Part shown: one piece after another, positions 9,599-21,554 of the stretch | Layout: each line of letters starts with the position of its first letter | Position numbering within the stretch: position 1 is the first letter of the stretch | NCBI RefSeq assembly: GCF_000315625.1 | Contig: NW_005434673.1 | Coordinates: 1 to 64,000 of the forward strand | Length of the DNA stretch: 64,000 bases | Direction: 5' to 3' | From: Guillardia theta CCMP2712 | Lineage: Eukaryota > Protista > Cryptophyta | Program-made: the position numbers and the translations under genes | Notes under the pieces: generated by a model | Database searches by the model: none | What the model saw: the letters and a program-made list of their open reading frames with translations, nothing else | What the model was told of the DNA's origin: nothing

Positions 9599-10296
9599 CT
9601 GATAAACACTCCCGAAAAACCTGCTGCAATGAGCATCAGACTGCTATACGTACTTCATAGAAAGATTCTTGCTCTGTTATCCTGCATTATCCATTCTCCT
9701 CCCTTACATCGCATTTCAAACATCGGTCTGTTTCGAAAAACTGCTGTGATTTATAATCCTTGTGATCACTGTTTACGCTCACATCAACTCTTTTTATTCC
9801 AATCGCTGTTTGGCCACGAAAGCCTCGAGCCTGCGACTTCGCCTCCACCATCGTGATGCTTCCTCTCGTCTCTCTTCTTTGCCACTCCATTCCCTTGGCC
9901 TCTCCATTCCCTTCGCCTCCCTTTCCCCTTGGCCTCTCCTTTTCTTCTTCCTCTCATCGCTTGTTCCTCTCTTCTTTGTTTCCTCTCCTCTCCTCTCTTC
10001 TGCTCTATTCCTCCTCTCTGCTAACATCAAATTCCTTTTCACGTGCATGGCGCGCGGAACTCGCAAACGAAATAAAAATGTTTTTGATACAACCTGCAGG
10101 TCCACCTCAGATGCTGCAACCCCGCGTCCCCGCATCGTTTGCAACACGCTGCGCTCCACCTGGCGCTCAACCAGCGCTCCACAAGCTGGCTGCGCTCACT
10201 ATGCAGCCAGCCATGCAGCTGTCTATGCAGCTATAGATGCTGGCGCAGATAACCAGCCGTAAAGCCAAGCGTGCTGCATTCCATGGCTGATTGATT

Positions 10297-10441
10297 TCTG
10301 CACTTGATGTCTGCACTTGATGTCTGCGCTTGATGTCAGTACTTGATGTCAGTACTTGATGTCTGCGCTTGATGTCAGTACTTGATGTCAGTACTTGATG
10401 TCAGTTCTTGATGTCAGTACTTGATGTCAGTACTTGATGTC
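10297..10441. repeat. 13-bp tandem repeat CTTGATGTC(AGTA/TGCR), ~11 copies
   Basis: Directly visible. Confidence 0.92.
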
Positions 10442-10540
10442 TCTCCCTCATTTATTTGCTCTTGGCATGTCTGAGTGAGCAGGACCGCAGATCTTAGAAA
10501 CCAGGAAGCCTATTCTCGCTCTGAATTGCCCTGTGCGTAG

Positions 10541-12586
10541 ATGCCTCCAGAAGACGATCGAGGGTGCTCTTTGGACATCAGTCACAGAGTGTTTGAGATC
10601 GAAGCATCCAAAAGAAATCGAGCTTCGGTCTCTGAAGCTCGGACTTTTGTCCAAGACATGATACGGAGACCCTACAACAGCTCGGAAGAAGATGACAGGT
10701 TCTGAGTTGACTTTTCTTTGCTTGTCTCTGTATGATCGCTTGGTGGCAGTGATGTGTCTGTGGGCTCATCCAGCGCCAAGAAAAATTCTGGCGAGCCAGT
10801 AACGTGGCAATTTGACAATCGCGTTGTTCCTATTCACCCCGACTCACACATCTGGTAAACAACTCCCTGCAGATGAGGGCAATCAAAGATTGCTGATTTT
10901 CTGTTGACAGTATGATCTGGAAAACGATCATCGTGATCAGTATTGCTTTCACAGTCATTACGGATCCTATCAGCATTGCTTTTCACGCTTATTCTGAAAC
11001 AGAATGGTTTAATATTTGCGATCGAATGGTCATGGTAACGCTATTCAGTGCTTCTTGCAGATCATATTTCTGACTTCGACTATCAGGTCCTTTACATGTT
11101 GGATATCGTTTTTCACTTCATAACGGGCTACAGAGATAAAGAAGGGCGGCTGGTTATGAGATATTCGAAGGTGGCAAAACATTACTGCGGGTCTTGGTTT
11201 ACGATAGACTTCGTCGCTGCTCTGCCATGCGAAGTTTTCATGGGGGTTCGTCAGATTGGAATTCTCAAGGCAGCAAGAGTGACAACCGTGGGACTTCACG
11301 TAGTCAAATATTCGAGGATTCTGTCTTTCATTAACAGGTGAAACAATCATTGCTTGTTACTTTCTATTCAGTTACCAGAATCCAGGCTTCAGCTCCATCT
11401 GGATGTGCAGTTTTCACCGTTCATTTGGCGGTTTCTTACAGGCATCCTTGTGTTCATTACTTGGCTTCACTGTGTCGCATGCACCATCTGTTTGGTTTGG
11501 CTTCTCTCTGATGATGAAGAATATCTGAATTTGGATGTCAATAGTGTTGGAAAGTTCCATGTGAGAATGTTTTGAGGTGTGATTGAGCATATTTGACTGG
11601 TCTTAGGTCTTTAATAGTGGATGTGGGCATGACTCAAGGTGCATCGCCAGATTGTACTTACGCTCCTTCAGGACTGCTGTCGCTTTCATGATCGGACACG
11701 GTCAGTTTTCAGGAACCACCTACCGAGAAGAGTTGTTAACTACCTTCTGTGCCCTCTTCGGCAAAGTCATGTACAGTGGATTCGTTTCCTTATGCGTGCA
11801 GACGGTTTTGAGCATGTACAGCTATCGCACGGGTCACTACCAAGCGTCTAAGAAGCTTGATCACTATCTCGGAAAAAAGAAGGTCCCTTTTGAAATGAAG
11901 CAAAGGGTGCGAAAGTTCCTCGAGGCATCATGGGACAGGATCGGAGGAACGAATGAAGCACTTGTCTTTGAGCCGCTGCCCAAGAGCTTGCGATCGAGCC
12001 TTCACTACGGCAAGATTGAACGACACTTCTGCACACTCCCGTTCTTTCAAGATGCTCCCCGAAGCTTTCTTGTCAATCTGGCTCAATTTGCTAGAGTTGA
12101 GGCTTTTGTAGTGGGAGATTGCATCATCCAATCGGGAGAGGTAAGATGTGAGCGTATGACGAGCAAAGGCTCAACCGTTGTGTGCAGCTGGCGCAGAACA
12201 TGTACATCCTTGAGGACGGTATCGTACAGGTCTGCTGTCACCCGTCGGAATCTGGTTAACGATGCACAGGTATGCATGGATGACAGGGTGGTGGCCGAGC
12301 TGGGCCCTGGCTCTTACTTCGGTGAGAACGCGCTGACCCACTATCGGGTGGTTCGAAACACGTCAATGCGAGCGAAGACCGAGGGCACTGTGACGATGAT
12401 TCCCAACAAAGACGCGCGGAGGTCAGTGTAAGAGCTCCCTTTCAGCTATCTAATCAGCTTGACAGACTCTTGAGGCGATTTCCAGCGATAAGGCGCAAAG
12501 TGGAGCAACATGTGAAGGAGAAATTCTCGGCCACCTTGAGCGAGATTGAAGATCAGCAGTCTGACAAGATTGATGAGCTGGATTGA
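10541..12586 (+). CDS. Cyclic-nucleotide-binding-domain 6TM cation channel (HCN/KCNH/CNG-like), spliced; start approximate
   Basis: IHPDS..W, LDIVFHFITGY, Y..SWFTIDFVAALP, pore YLRSFRTAVAFMIGHG, C-linker, and CNBD ELGPGSYFGENAL..RNTSMRA. Confidence 0.88.
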
Positions 12587-12689
12587 GACCGACTTTCACG
12601 TTCATCTTGATCTGTGTAATTCTACATTAGCAGCATGCTTCGTGCGTTGTAATATATTTCGACGATCAACTGTCAGTCATTAAGTTTCT

Positions 12690-14655
12690 TCATGGTGGTT
12701 TGGTCTTCTTTGGAAGTTTGAAGTTCTTCGATTCTTGTCTGATCTGAAGTGCTAGCTCCTCCTGACATCGGCGTCATTCGGTTCATCTTTACACATGTTT
12801 CGTATCATGCAGCACCTGATTGCAGGCTTGCAGAGCTGATATCAACGCGTTGACAACTTCAGCCGTCGGCTCGATTCCCTGCGAGATGTCAACGACCCAC
12901 GAAGAGCACAAGTGCGACCAAGTCCGAACCTTACACTCCATGTTGGTCACCACACCAAGTGCTTTTTCCCACTGTCCGTTGTCTCCACAAGCTTTGATCA
13001 CCGTGCAGTAAGTCGAGATGTTGGGCTGAGCTTCATCCTCCTCTAGCATCTCCTGCTCTACTAGTCACCACAAGCTGCTGACTGTGTCTGGCTCAACCTG
13101 AAGCAGGGTGAGACCTGCGTCCCACTGGCCTCCTCGGGACAGCGCCGATATAACAAAGTTGTAGGCCACTGCATCCGGACGCAGCTTGTCTGCTTTCATC
13201 CTCTCTAGGAGCCCCAACGATCTGCAGCCCCGTCACCCGCTGCCAACCTCCTGGTTTCAACCTTCTCCACTCCCCTGCCTTGGCACATGCAGCGATCGCT
13301 TCGGTGTAGGCGATCACGTTGGGTCGAACCCCTGCCTTCTCCATGAGCTGAAAGACTTCCAACGCTCTGCTCCACTCTCCCGCTCTTTGATATGCCTGGA
13401 GCAAGATTGTTACCGTAAGTGAAGGAGATTGTCGAGATGCGAGAGGAAGGTGGGGTGTGAAACAGAGACTGCTTCGTCAACACTTACTTGGATCAGCGTC
13501 GAGTACGCGACCACATCGGGAGTCAGTCCTTCCCTCTTCATTTTCTGAAAGATTCTTGCCGCTGGCTCCCAAAGTCCTGCCTACAACAAGTCATTCATCC
13601 CCTGCAGCAAAAGCTTGCTAACTTTGCCGCACGCTGCCATGACAGCGCTGTACACGATGATGTCGGGCTTGATCTTTTCGTTGGTCATCCTTTCAAGCAG
13701 GCCGAGGGCAGGACGAGCTTCCGCAGCCTTTTCACAAGCAGAGATGGCGGCGGAGTAAGCCTGCAGGTTTGGCTGAATGCCCTTGGCTATCATCTCCTCG
13801 AGGAGCTTCAGCGCCCTCTGCCAGTCCCCCAACTTCTCACAGGAGGAGATGGCTGCGGTGAACGTGTACACGTTTCCAACAATTCCACGCGCTTGCATCC
13901 GTTCAAAAACCTCAAAAGCTTTCGACACCTGTCCTCCTTTCTCACACGCCGTGATCAAAGCAGCGAAAGTGAACTCGTTCGGCTCTATCCCCTGAGCCTC
14001 CATCTCATGGTACATGTTCATCGCCCTCTGCCACTCTCCTCCCTTGGCACAGGCTGAGATCGCAGTAGAGAAGGTGACAGTATCTGGCCTGAGAGACCGG
14101 GCAGCCACCTTGTTCCTCTCTGTCTGCGAGAAAACCGAATCGAACATGGAAAGCGCCTCTCTCCATCTGCCATTCCTAGTGAGAGCGCTCATAGCTGCAT
14201 TGTAGGACACTCGAGTCGGCGTCAACCCCTCCTTTTCGATGCTCTTCAGAACCTCAAGCGCCGCCTCCCACTGCAATTTTTGTTAATATCAACACCCTCG
14301 CGCTGTAGTTTGTTACCTGCCCGTCTTTGCCAAGCCTTGAGATCTCACTATTGAGCTCGCTGATGCGCGATGGCTTCTTGCGCATTCCCGTGCTCTCGTC
14401 CTTCGCCTGAGAGAGCTGGAGGGGGAGTACACAGCGGTGCTTTCGGGCGCGGTGCTGAACTTTCGCCAGAGGAGAGAAGCTGCAGGTCAACAAGGGACCT
14501 TGAGGAAGGGAAAGGGGGGCAGAGAAGGCAGAGAAGGCAGAGAAGGCAGCATGGCAGCCGCTCGGCCATGCCGCCTCTCCTCCAGCCGCTTCAACAGCCG
14601 CCAGTAGCATGACCAAAGTCATGACCCGCATGGCCCCGCTGAACAAGGCCCTCAT
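12690..14655 (-). CDS. Pentatricopeptide repeat protein with signal peptide and transit-like presequence (probably plastid-targeted)
   Basis: Multiple 35-aa P-type repeats (PDTVTFSTAISACAKGGEWQRAMNMYHEM; PNVIAYTEAIAACAKAGEW). The hydrophobic N-terminus is followed by AAFSAFSAFSAP. Confidence 0.92.
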
Positions 14656-14960
14656 CCCCACCACTCCAATAAATCAACCCAGCCCAGCCTGCAGCCCAGC
14701 AGCCAGCCCAGCCTCTGCCTGCCAGCCCTGACCCAGCCTGTGAGTAGGAGTGTATCAGGAGTCTACCCGGCTGAAGGAGGGCAGTGGAGTCATCGGTGAG
14801 GTCCGATCAGCCGCTGAGCAGTCCAATAGTGACAGAAGGTCTCATGGCTCTCCTTCAGTGAGCATTATATCTTTATTGACCTTGACATGCCGTGTGCCCT
14901 AATGCTGTCGCGCCAGCCGAATGGCTGGCGCGAGGCAGAGAACAAGCACACGATTACCGA

Positions 14961-17900
14961 CTAGACATCATTTGGCTTCTCAGCGCGCTTCACCTTATAG
15001 AGCTTGTGCATCTTGTACAAGATTAGACGACCAAGAAAACGTACAAGCTCTCTTACCTGCATCTTGATATCATGGATCTGCTTGTCGTGTATTTGGATTT
15101 CCCCAATAATTTTGAGTCCACATTCTCCCGTGAAGATGACACAGAGGGTCAGGTCGCGATACCCGTCGGGCACTGTCTGCATTGCAAACTTGTTCTTCAC
15201 ACGGCAGATGGGTAACCGAGTCTTCCTCTCGTCTTCGAACCACTTGTAGATCTCAAGGATCTGAGAAGTGTTGTGGCAGACCACAGACGCTCGGACCTGC
15301 CAGGCACGTCAGGCCAGCAGCTCAATTTGGTTGCGATACTCACGCAGTCAAGGATGCGACCGGAGAACGGCCAACGGACGTCCTGGCTTGGGTTGGCGTA
15401 CTTACAGAGCTTCTGGAGCATCCTTTCCTTTGTCTTCAAAGGCGCCGCGATGACCTCGATGTCGTGCAGTTGCGCGTTGAACTTGCAGGGAACGATGCGA
15501 GACTTGAGGTTCTGTGCGCTGCCAGAGCTGGTGCCGTGCATTTGGATGACCGACAAGACTTTGAGCTGAAACTCGTGATCCAAGAGAAGCGCTCGTGTGT
15601 GAAGCTGAGTCACAAATAGCTCCTCGTTGGTGACGATGCCTCCGCTATTCATGATCTTGACCTTTCCCATCTCCTTCTGAATCTCAGCTTCTCGGACACT
15701 TTCATCGTCGACACGCAATGCCCTAATCTGCCATCAGATCAGCACAGCAAACAAGTCGAGGATCTTCCAAACCTCCGGATCGTCTTGTCGTTTTACATTG
15801 CAAGAGGTTTCGGTGACAAAAGACTTCAGTAACCTTCCCTCGGGCTCGCTGGACATGCTCTCATAACGCACATCGCAGTAACTGGCAAGAACATCCATGT
15901 AACGCTGTATGATCTCCTTCAACTCCACAAACAAGGAGCAGTCGTCTTCAAACCACATCGAGATCTTCAATATCTTGTTGACAAAGAAGGAGAACCGAAC
16001 GTCATAATCTACAACGGCTGGAGAATTCTTGACAACGATCGACCATGATTCCTGACTTGAGTTTTCATTATCCTCTGTACTCACCCGAGTGACAGTTGTG
16101 CAAGCACTTGTCAACTCAGTTGACAGCTTGTTCGCTCCATTCACATTCATTCCCGATTCCCACGAGACTCTCCGCACATTCACCGCTAAATTCTCGTTTG
16201 ATGATGGCTGCCTGGCGTGCCCATGCATTGCAGAAGAAACTTGTTGATTCTCGGGACTTAAAAGCTTCTCGCACGTTTCGAGAATCAACTTGCGCAACTC
16301 GAGCATCTGGACAGTATATCGATGATGCATCATGTCTTCCATGAAATCTTCGGCAAATGGACTCTCAGATATCGGAGTAGTATGATTCTCTGTGACATAA
16401 AGCTCCATCGCTATGTTGCTCAACCGGGAAAAGAAACCATTGAAATGGATAATATCAAAATCGCGGAAAATTGACAACCTTGCAGCAGCTTCGAGGAACT
16501 TTTTATCGATTATATGATAGCGAATTCCCTTCCACCTTGAAAACATCGGGACTCTCTCCCCTGTCAGTAGATATCCATCTCTAGCATGCAGTCTCAACCG
16601 GTGTCGCAAATCGTTGATTGTTTTGTTTATTTGCCTATCCTCCTCAGACTGGGCTTGATTATTCCTCCGCTGATAGAAGAACCACAACGAAAAAAGAGAG
16701 GCAAAGAGACAGAGCAACAAGCAAACGATAGGGAGAACGATGTACAGCCACACCTCTTTCGTGGAAAGACCTTGACTTTGAGAAGTCGTACATGGCACAA
16801 AACTGACGTTTTCAGGAAAGACAACAGACTCTTTCATCCAAAGATCCAAAGTGAGCTGCGAGTTCACAAGATGAATGACAGATTCAGATATTGACGAGCT
16901 TACAGTGACAAGAGCAAGCGTCTGAAGCTTAAATCCCACGAAATTTAACATCTCAAAAGCAGCTTGTGTTTGTTCAAGTTTCGAATCTAATGCAATCGAT
17001 CCAGAAGCTCCTTGAAAAGTTACTTGCTGCATCAGACCTATGAAGCCTGAGACATTGTTCATCGAGTATCCAGCAGATCTCAAGAGCTGATACGAACTGG
17101 CAATCAGATATACAGCATCGTACGTGAACGACAGAAATGGGTTTTCCCCAGACAACATTGCGCTCAGCCCAGGATATTCCACAGGATTAAGTGATTTCCA
17201 GTACTCCACCAACTTCTGAAATTCTGTTGTCGAGCGATAACTCAAGGATTGGTTGGAGCTCAAGATGTCATTGCCCGAGTACAACCTCACAGCAATCAGG
17301 GCCTGAGGGAGAGGAGATGCCCTGAGGGAGTCGGAAGAAGCGATCCATACAACCCTAGAGGAAATGTCCAAGTCCACTGCTGCTTGGAAAACAAGGGAAG
17401 AGATTTCTGGATCAAGAAACAACACAAAGACTTTGGGTGCACATTTGAAGTCATTCTGATAGGCTTGCTGCAGTGACTCCTTCAGTCCAGCAGCATTCGC
17501 ACTCGACAAGGGCAAGGTCTGTATGACTTGCACTCCTAAGATTTTCACACGATCTTTGAAATTAGAGCTCATAGCCTGGTTTCGCAGCGAGGAATCAACG
17601 AACAAGACACAAGACACAAAACCCAAGTGCTCCACAGTCCTGGCTATCGCTTGACCCTTGAAACACAAGTCACGCTGTGCAAACGGATCAGAAACTTCGC
17701 ATACCTGCATGAGATCCGAAGGCACAACACGAGAGAAGAACGGATAAGACGCTTTGTTGGAGAGAAACGCAGCTTGAGCGCCAGAGCTCAATGACAAGAT
17801 CTGTTTCTCATTGAATGCACTTGCAAGTGCTTTCGATTCAGTACTTCCTGTCGGACCCAGCACAATTATAGTCTACCCAAAAAAATGTAAGGAAACAGAA

Positions 17901-20099
17901 AAACCGAACAATTTTCCACCTTGAAATCATTCTGAGAAATAAGAGAATCCAACAGGCTTGAAGCTTCGTTGTTGTAATTCAAGTCTGGATTATTCTTCAG
18001 TCTAATTTGCAAGCTTGAGATGTCTTGTGTCAAAATCGAGATGTCAAAACCGGGGAATAAAACTTGCTCGTCATTGATTTTCTGTATTGCGACATTAGCA
18101 ACCGATGCAACTTCAGCGTCTGCGATATCCTCACTATTGACGGCGAGCATCATGCCAATATCAACACGGAATCTGGGGTCTTGCGCTCGATAGCAGTCAG
18201 ACTTGCACGAAACCCAACTCAACCGCTCTCCATTCGGACCTGGCGAAACAAATTTTCCCACATTCCACCACGTTGGCGCATCGCTAGGGATTGGAGAAGA
18301 GCTTTGAGAAATCGATTCAATCAGTCCTGAAGCGTTCTGTCCTGCATTGTTGACACAATCCGCTGAGAAAACTTGCACAATCGCGGGCTCGTGAGGGGTG
18401 ACAAGAGGATCAAAGTGCTCTAAACCGCTATCAGAGTAATAGTTCACCCAGATCTCGAAAATTCCTGTATCGATGTTCTTGAAGTTGATCATCTCAGGGC
18501 CACACTTGCAAGGACAGACTGGATCTACACCGCACGTGTTGTCCATTGCCAGCGTGATGGAAGCAAGAGATTCCGGCATGAATGAATCAACGACACGTTT
18601 TTGTAAGTAGTTGCATATCTGTCTCTCCCCCGACTGGAAATAGGCATAAGAATAGAGATCAAGATCCCCAGAGTGATTCCAACTTAAAACAACACAATCC
18701 TGAAACTTGTCCGGCTTGACAAACCCTGGCGGCCAGAAGATAGACTTGGACAAGGAGATAGTATCATTGGAGTCAAAACCCTTTCGAAACACTCCATTCT
18801 CCCAGACTGCTATCCTTCTCATTCCTGTCTCATTCAAGTTCATGATATCATACCTGTACCAAAGAATCAGCTCAACCATCTCCAAAAAGATTGTTGATCG
18901 AACCTGGCAACAACTGGATCAAAATTTTCGTCGAAAGCTACCAACCCCGAAGCTCCTTGAAACCTTACATTTTTCATAGCATTCATGAAATGGGAAATAG
19001 TGTATTCAGTATCGTTGCCACTCAGGAAACGCTCCCAAGCCCGTCCAACAACTTGCACGGCATCGTACGCTAGTGACATGTATGCGTCTGATTCAAGATA
19101 CTCTAATCCAGGGTAATCGGCTGCCTTTAATTTGCTCCAAGTCGACTTCAATGTCTTGAATGATTCAGACTGAGTGTCGATTGTCATCCTCAATCCAAGA
19201 TATCCCAACGGCAATTGTGATGAAGAAAGCGAACTAGTAATGGCTTCACACCCGACGAAGAAGAAATTATTTTTTGAGTTGATTGCATCCACAGCTTGAG
19301 CAGCTTCGAAAACCATGACACCAGCAAAGTCATGCATGATCAGAATAATCACTCTAGGCTCATTACAGCTTCGAAACAGAATTCCCCTCAGAATGCTGAT
19401 TGCGTTTGAAACAGTGAAGGTCTGTTCATCCATAGTAAAGGTTTTCAAGTTTATGTTGGCATGAGCAGCATTCTGGCTCAAGACGTCATACAGACCATTG
19501 CAGTACTCGTCATTGCACTTGATGACTGTAAATGAATCGAGTTCAAGAGCTTGCAAGACCTGAGAGAGAGCCAATCCTTGGTGAACATCCGAGGGGCAAG
19601 TGCGTGCAAAGTGAGGGTAACTCGTCTTGTTAGACAGCATCGGGCTGGTGGCACTGAAGGAGATGCTCATGAGAGACAAAGAGTTGAGAACAGGATTGAT
19701 CGCAACAACCTCAGAGCTGTAACCTGGACCGACGGCATTGAGAACACTGTTGCTGGGCTTCGTGGCTTCCAGGCTCTCGACTACTTGTCTCATGATCCAA
19801 ACTCGCGTGCTTTCAAACCCTGCAGCGGGGAAATCTGATTGACGGCAGAGAGATCTCACAGGAGATGTATCACCCAAGATGAAATCGAGTCGAGAGTCAT
19901 GCTGTTTGTACACCGAACTATTCAAATGCATCAAGGAAATCCTTGCAGCTGCTAGCGCTCTCGTTTCCCAGTAGCTCACATTCCAGTTTGCAACGAATAA
20001 TCCCCCGACAGTCAAGTTGTATTCAGCCCGTGAAAAATCAAGAAGAACCAAAAACAACAGGACGATCCTCAGCCGTATGAACGGCACTGTATTAAACAT
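14961..20099 (-). CDS. ~1600-aa type I membrane receptor: signal peptide, ANF-receptor domain, YfaP/DUF2135-like domain, second ANF-receptor domain, TM helix, cytoplasmic region, RelA/SpoT-like nucleotidyltransferase domain
   Basis: Five ORFs join in frame via six ~45-50 nt GT-AG introns. ANF motifs: VGPGYS..ISFSATSPMLSNKTSYPHFARTCPSD..AYDAV and LGPTGS..LSNKASYPFFSRVVPSD..TYDAV. TM: VWLYIVLPIVCLLLCLFASLFSLWFFY. C-terminus: PLKTKERMLQKL, ILDCVRASVV, VKNKF..GYRDL, GEIQIH, HKLY. Confidence 0.85.
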
Positions 20100-21554
20100 C
20101 CCTCCAAAGTGAAGAACAGATGGGAACTCTCTATCCTCTCTCTGCACCGCCGTTCCACTCCATGTTTTAGACGATCCAGGCTGATCTAAGTATGAGACTG
20201 CGACATCTCCAGTGTCCTGGGAGTTCAAAAAGCGTCAAGGCTTGCACAAGACCAGCCTTTCTTCATGAGGGTGAAGTTGGCGCCCTTTGCCTTCGAACAA
20301 ACTCAATTCTATCTGATCTCAAACTGATATGGTCTTGTCAAATCATATGTTCAAAAAGACTTCCACTGAACATTACCAAGTATCCATCTATCTCTAGTAA
20401 TAGCAAAACAATGATAGCTCGATCTTACATTCACAACAAATTGCTATTATCCCTCCATCTCTAAATTTAATCTCCCATCACATCATTACTGTCCTTTCTC
20501 CTCCTTGTTCTGCCTATCTTCTCATTTCATCACGAATATTTCCATGAGCTTTCATGGGTTACTTGTTCATGGATTTCCATATGTCCAGAGTCTTCACTTC
20601 TCCACGTGCTTTCCCTCCTGCCTTGCTTTCATCGTTCCCCTCCTTCCATGCTTTCTCGAGCATACACCACCCCCTTCGTTCTTCCTAGTTGCCCACCTGG
20701 GTATAACCCTACCACCCCTGTTGACCACCCCTATCCCCCAAACCTACTACTCTACCTTGACCCTACCCACTCATCTCCCCCTGATCGCATGGGTAGGGTA
20801 AGCAGAGCTGAAGGCACCTGAAGTTTTAAAAACACTTTTTTAAGAAAACTTGGTTTCGACTTTTGAAAACAAAGTGTCTATTTGAAAATACAAGAGACAA
20901 AAATGATATTTGATAGCCAAATTGATTGTTGCTCCTTAAAATCTTATCACGCAGATTCCGTACTATACTACGTTCATGATTATTGCCCCGCCACCCTACG
21001 GGGGCTCCAACCTACCCAGCCCCCTCACTACCCTACCCCCCTTTGCATCTTGCCCTACCCACCCCATCGCGTCGATTCCCGTTCTATGTCCTCCAAACTG
21101 ACTTTACGAGAACCTGTCACGTCCCCACGATCAACCGACGATGAAAAGTGCTCTATTCATGCTTGACTGCCCTGCACTGTTCCCTATGCTGAACCTTGAG
21201 GCGCGCTCGAGATGCGACCAGAACCTCCATAAGAGGCCAAGAGTCCTCGTGCATGGAAATCGAAAAGGCATTTTTTCACCATTAGAGCATTTCAGCATTG
21301 TGGTCCACCAACTTTCGCGGTTACAAGTCAACGGCTAGGCGAAAGGAAACTTGGAAATGCATGTTCCAAGGTGTGCGGGAAGTTGAGGCAGGAGGGGAAT
21401 TTAGAGAAAGAGAGCAGACAAGATATCGAGAGCCTCTTGAAAAATGGCGCTCTGAAGTCGACTATGTCAGACATGGTTGTGGAGAAGGGATACAAGAAGA
21501 AGTTGTCAGACATGCTGCAAGATCACTGAGATTCTCCTGGGTGTTTCATCAACC

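Noticed and set aside
9629-10262. ORFs in the CT-rich stretch between RPB8 and the channel gene
   Set aside because: Low-complexity pyrimidine tract with no recognisable protein motifs; probably promoter or UTR.
10297-10441. 13-bp repeat as CRISPR or iteron
   Set aside because: A simple minisatellite without spacers or an associated replication gene.
14961-20228. Five separate genes or programmed frameshifts
   Set aside because: Each break is explained by a ~45-50 nt GT-AG intron that restores the frame and the motifs.
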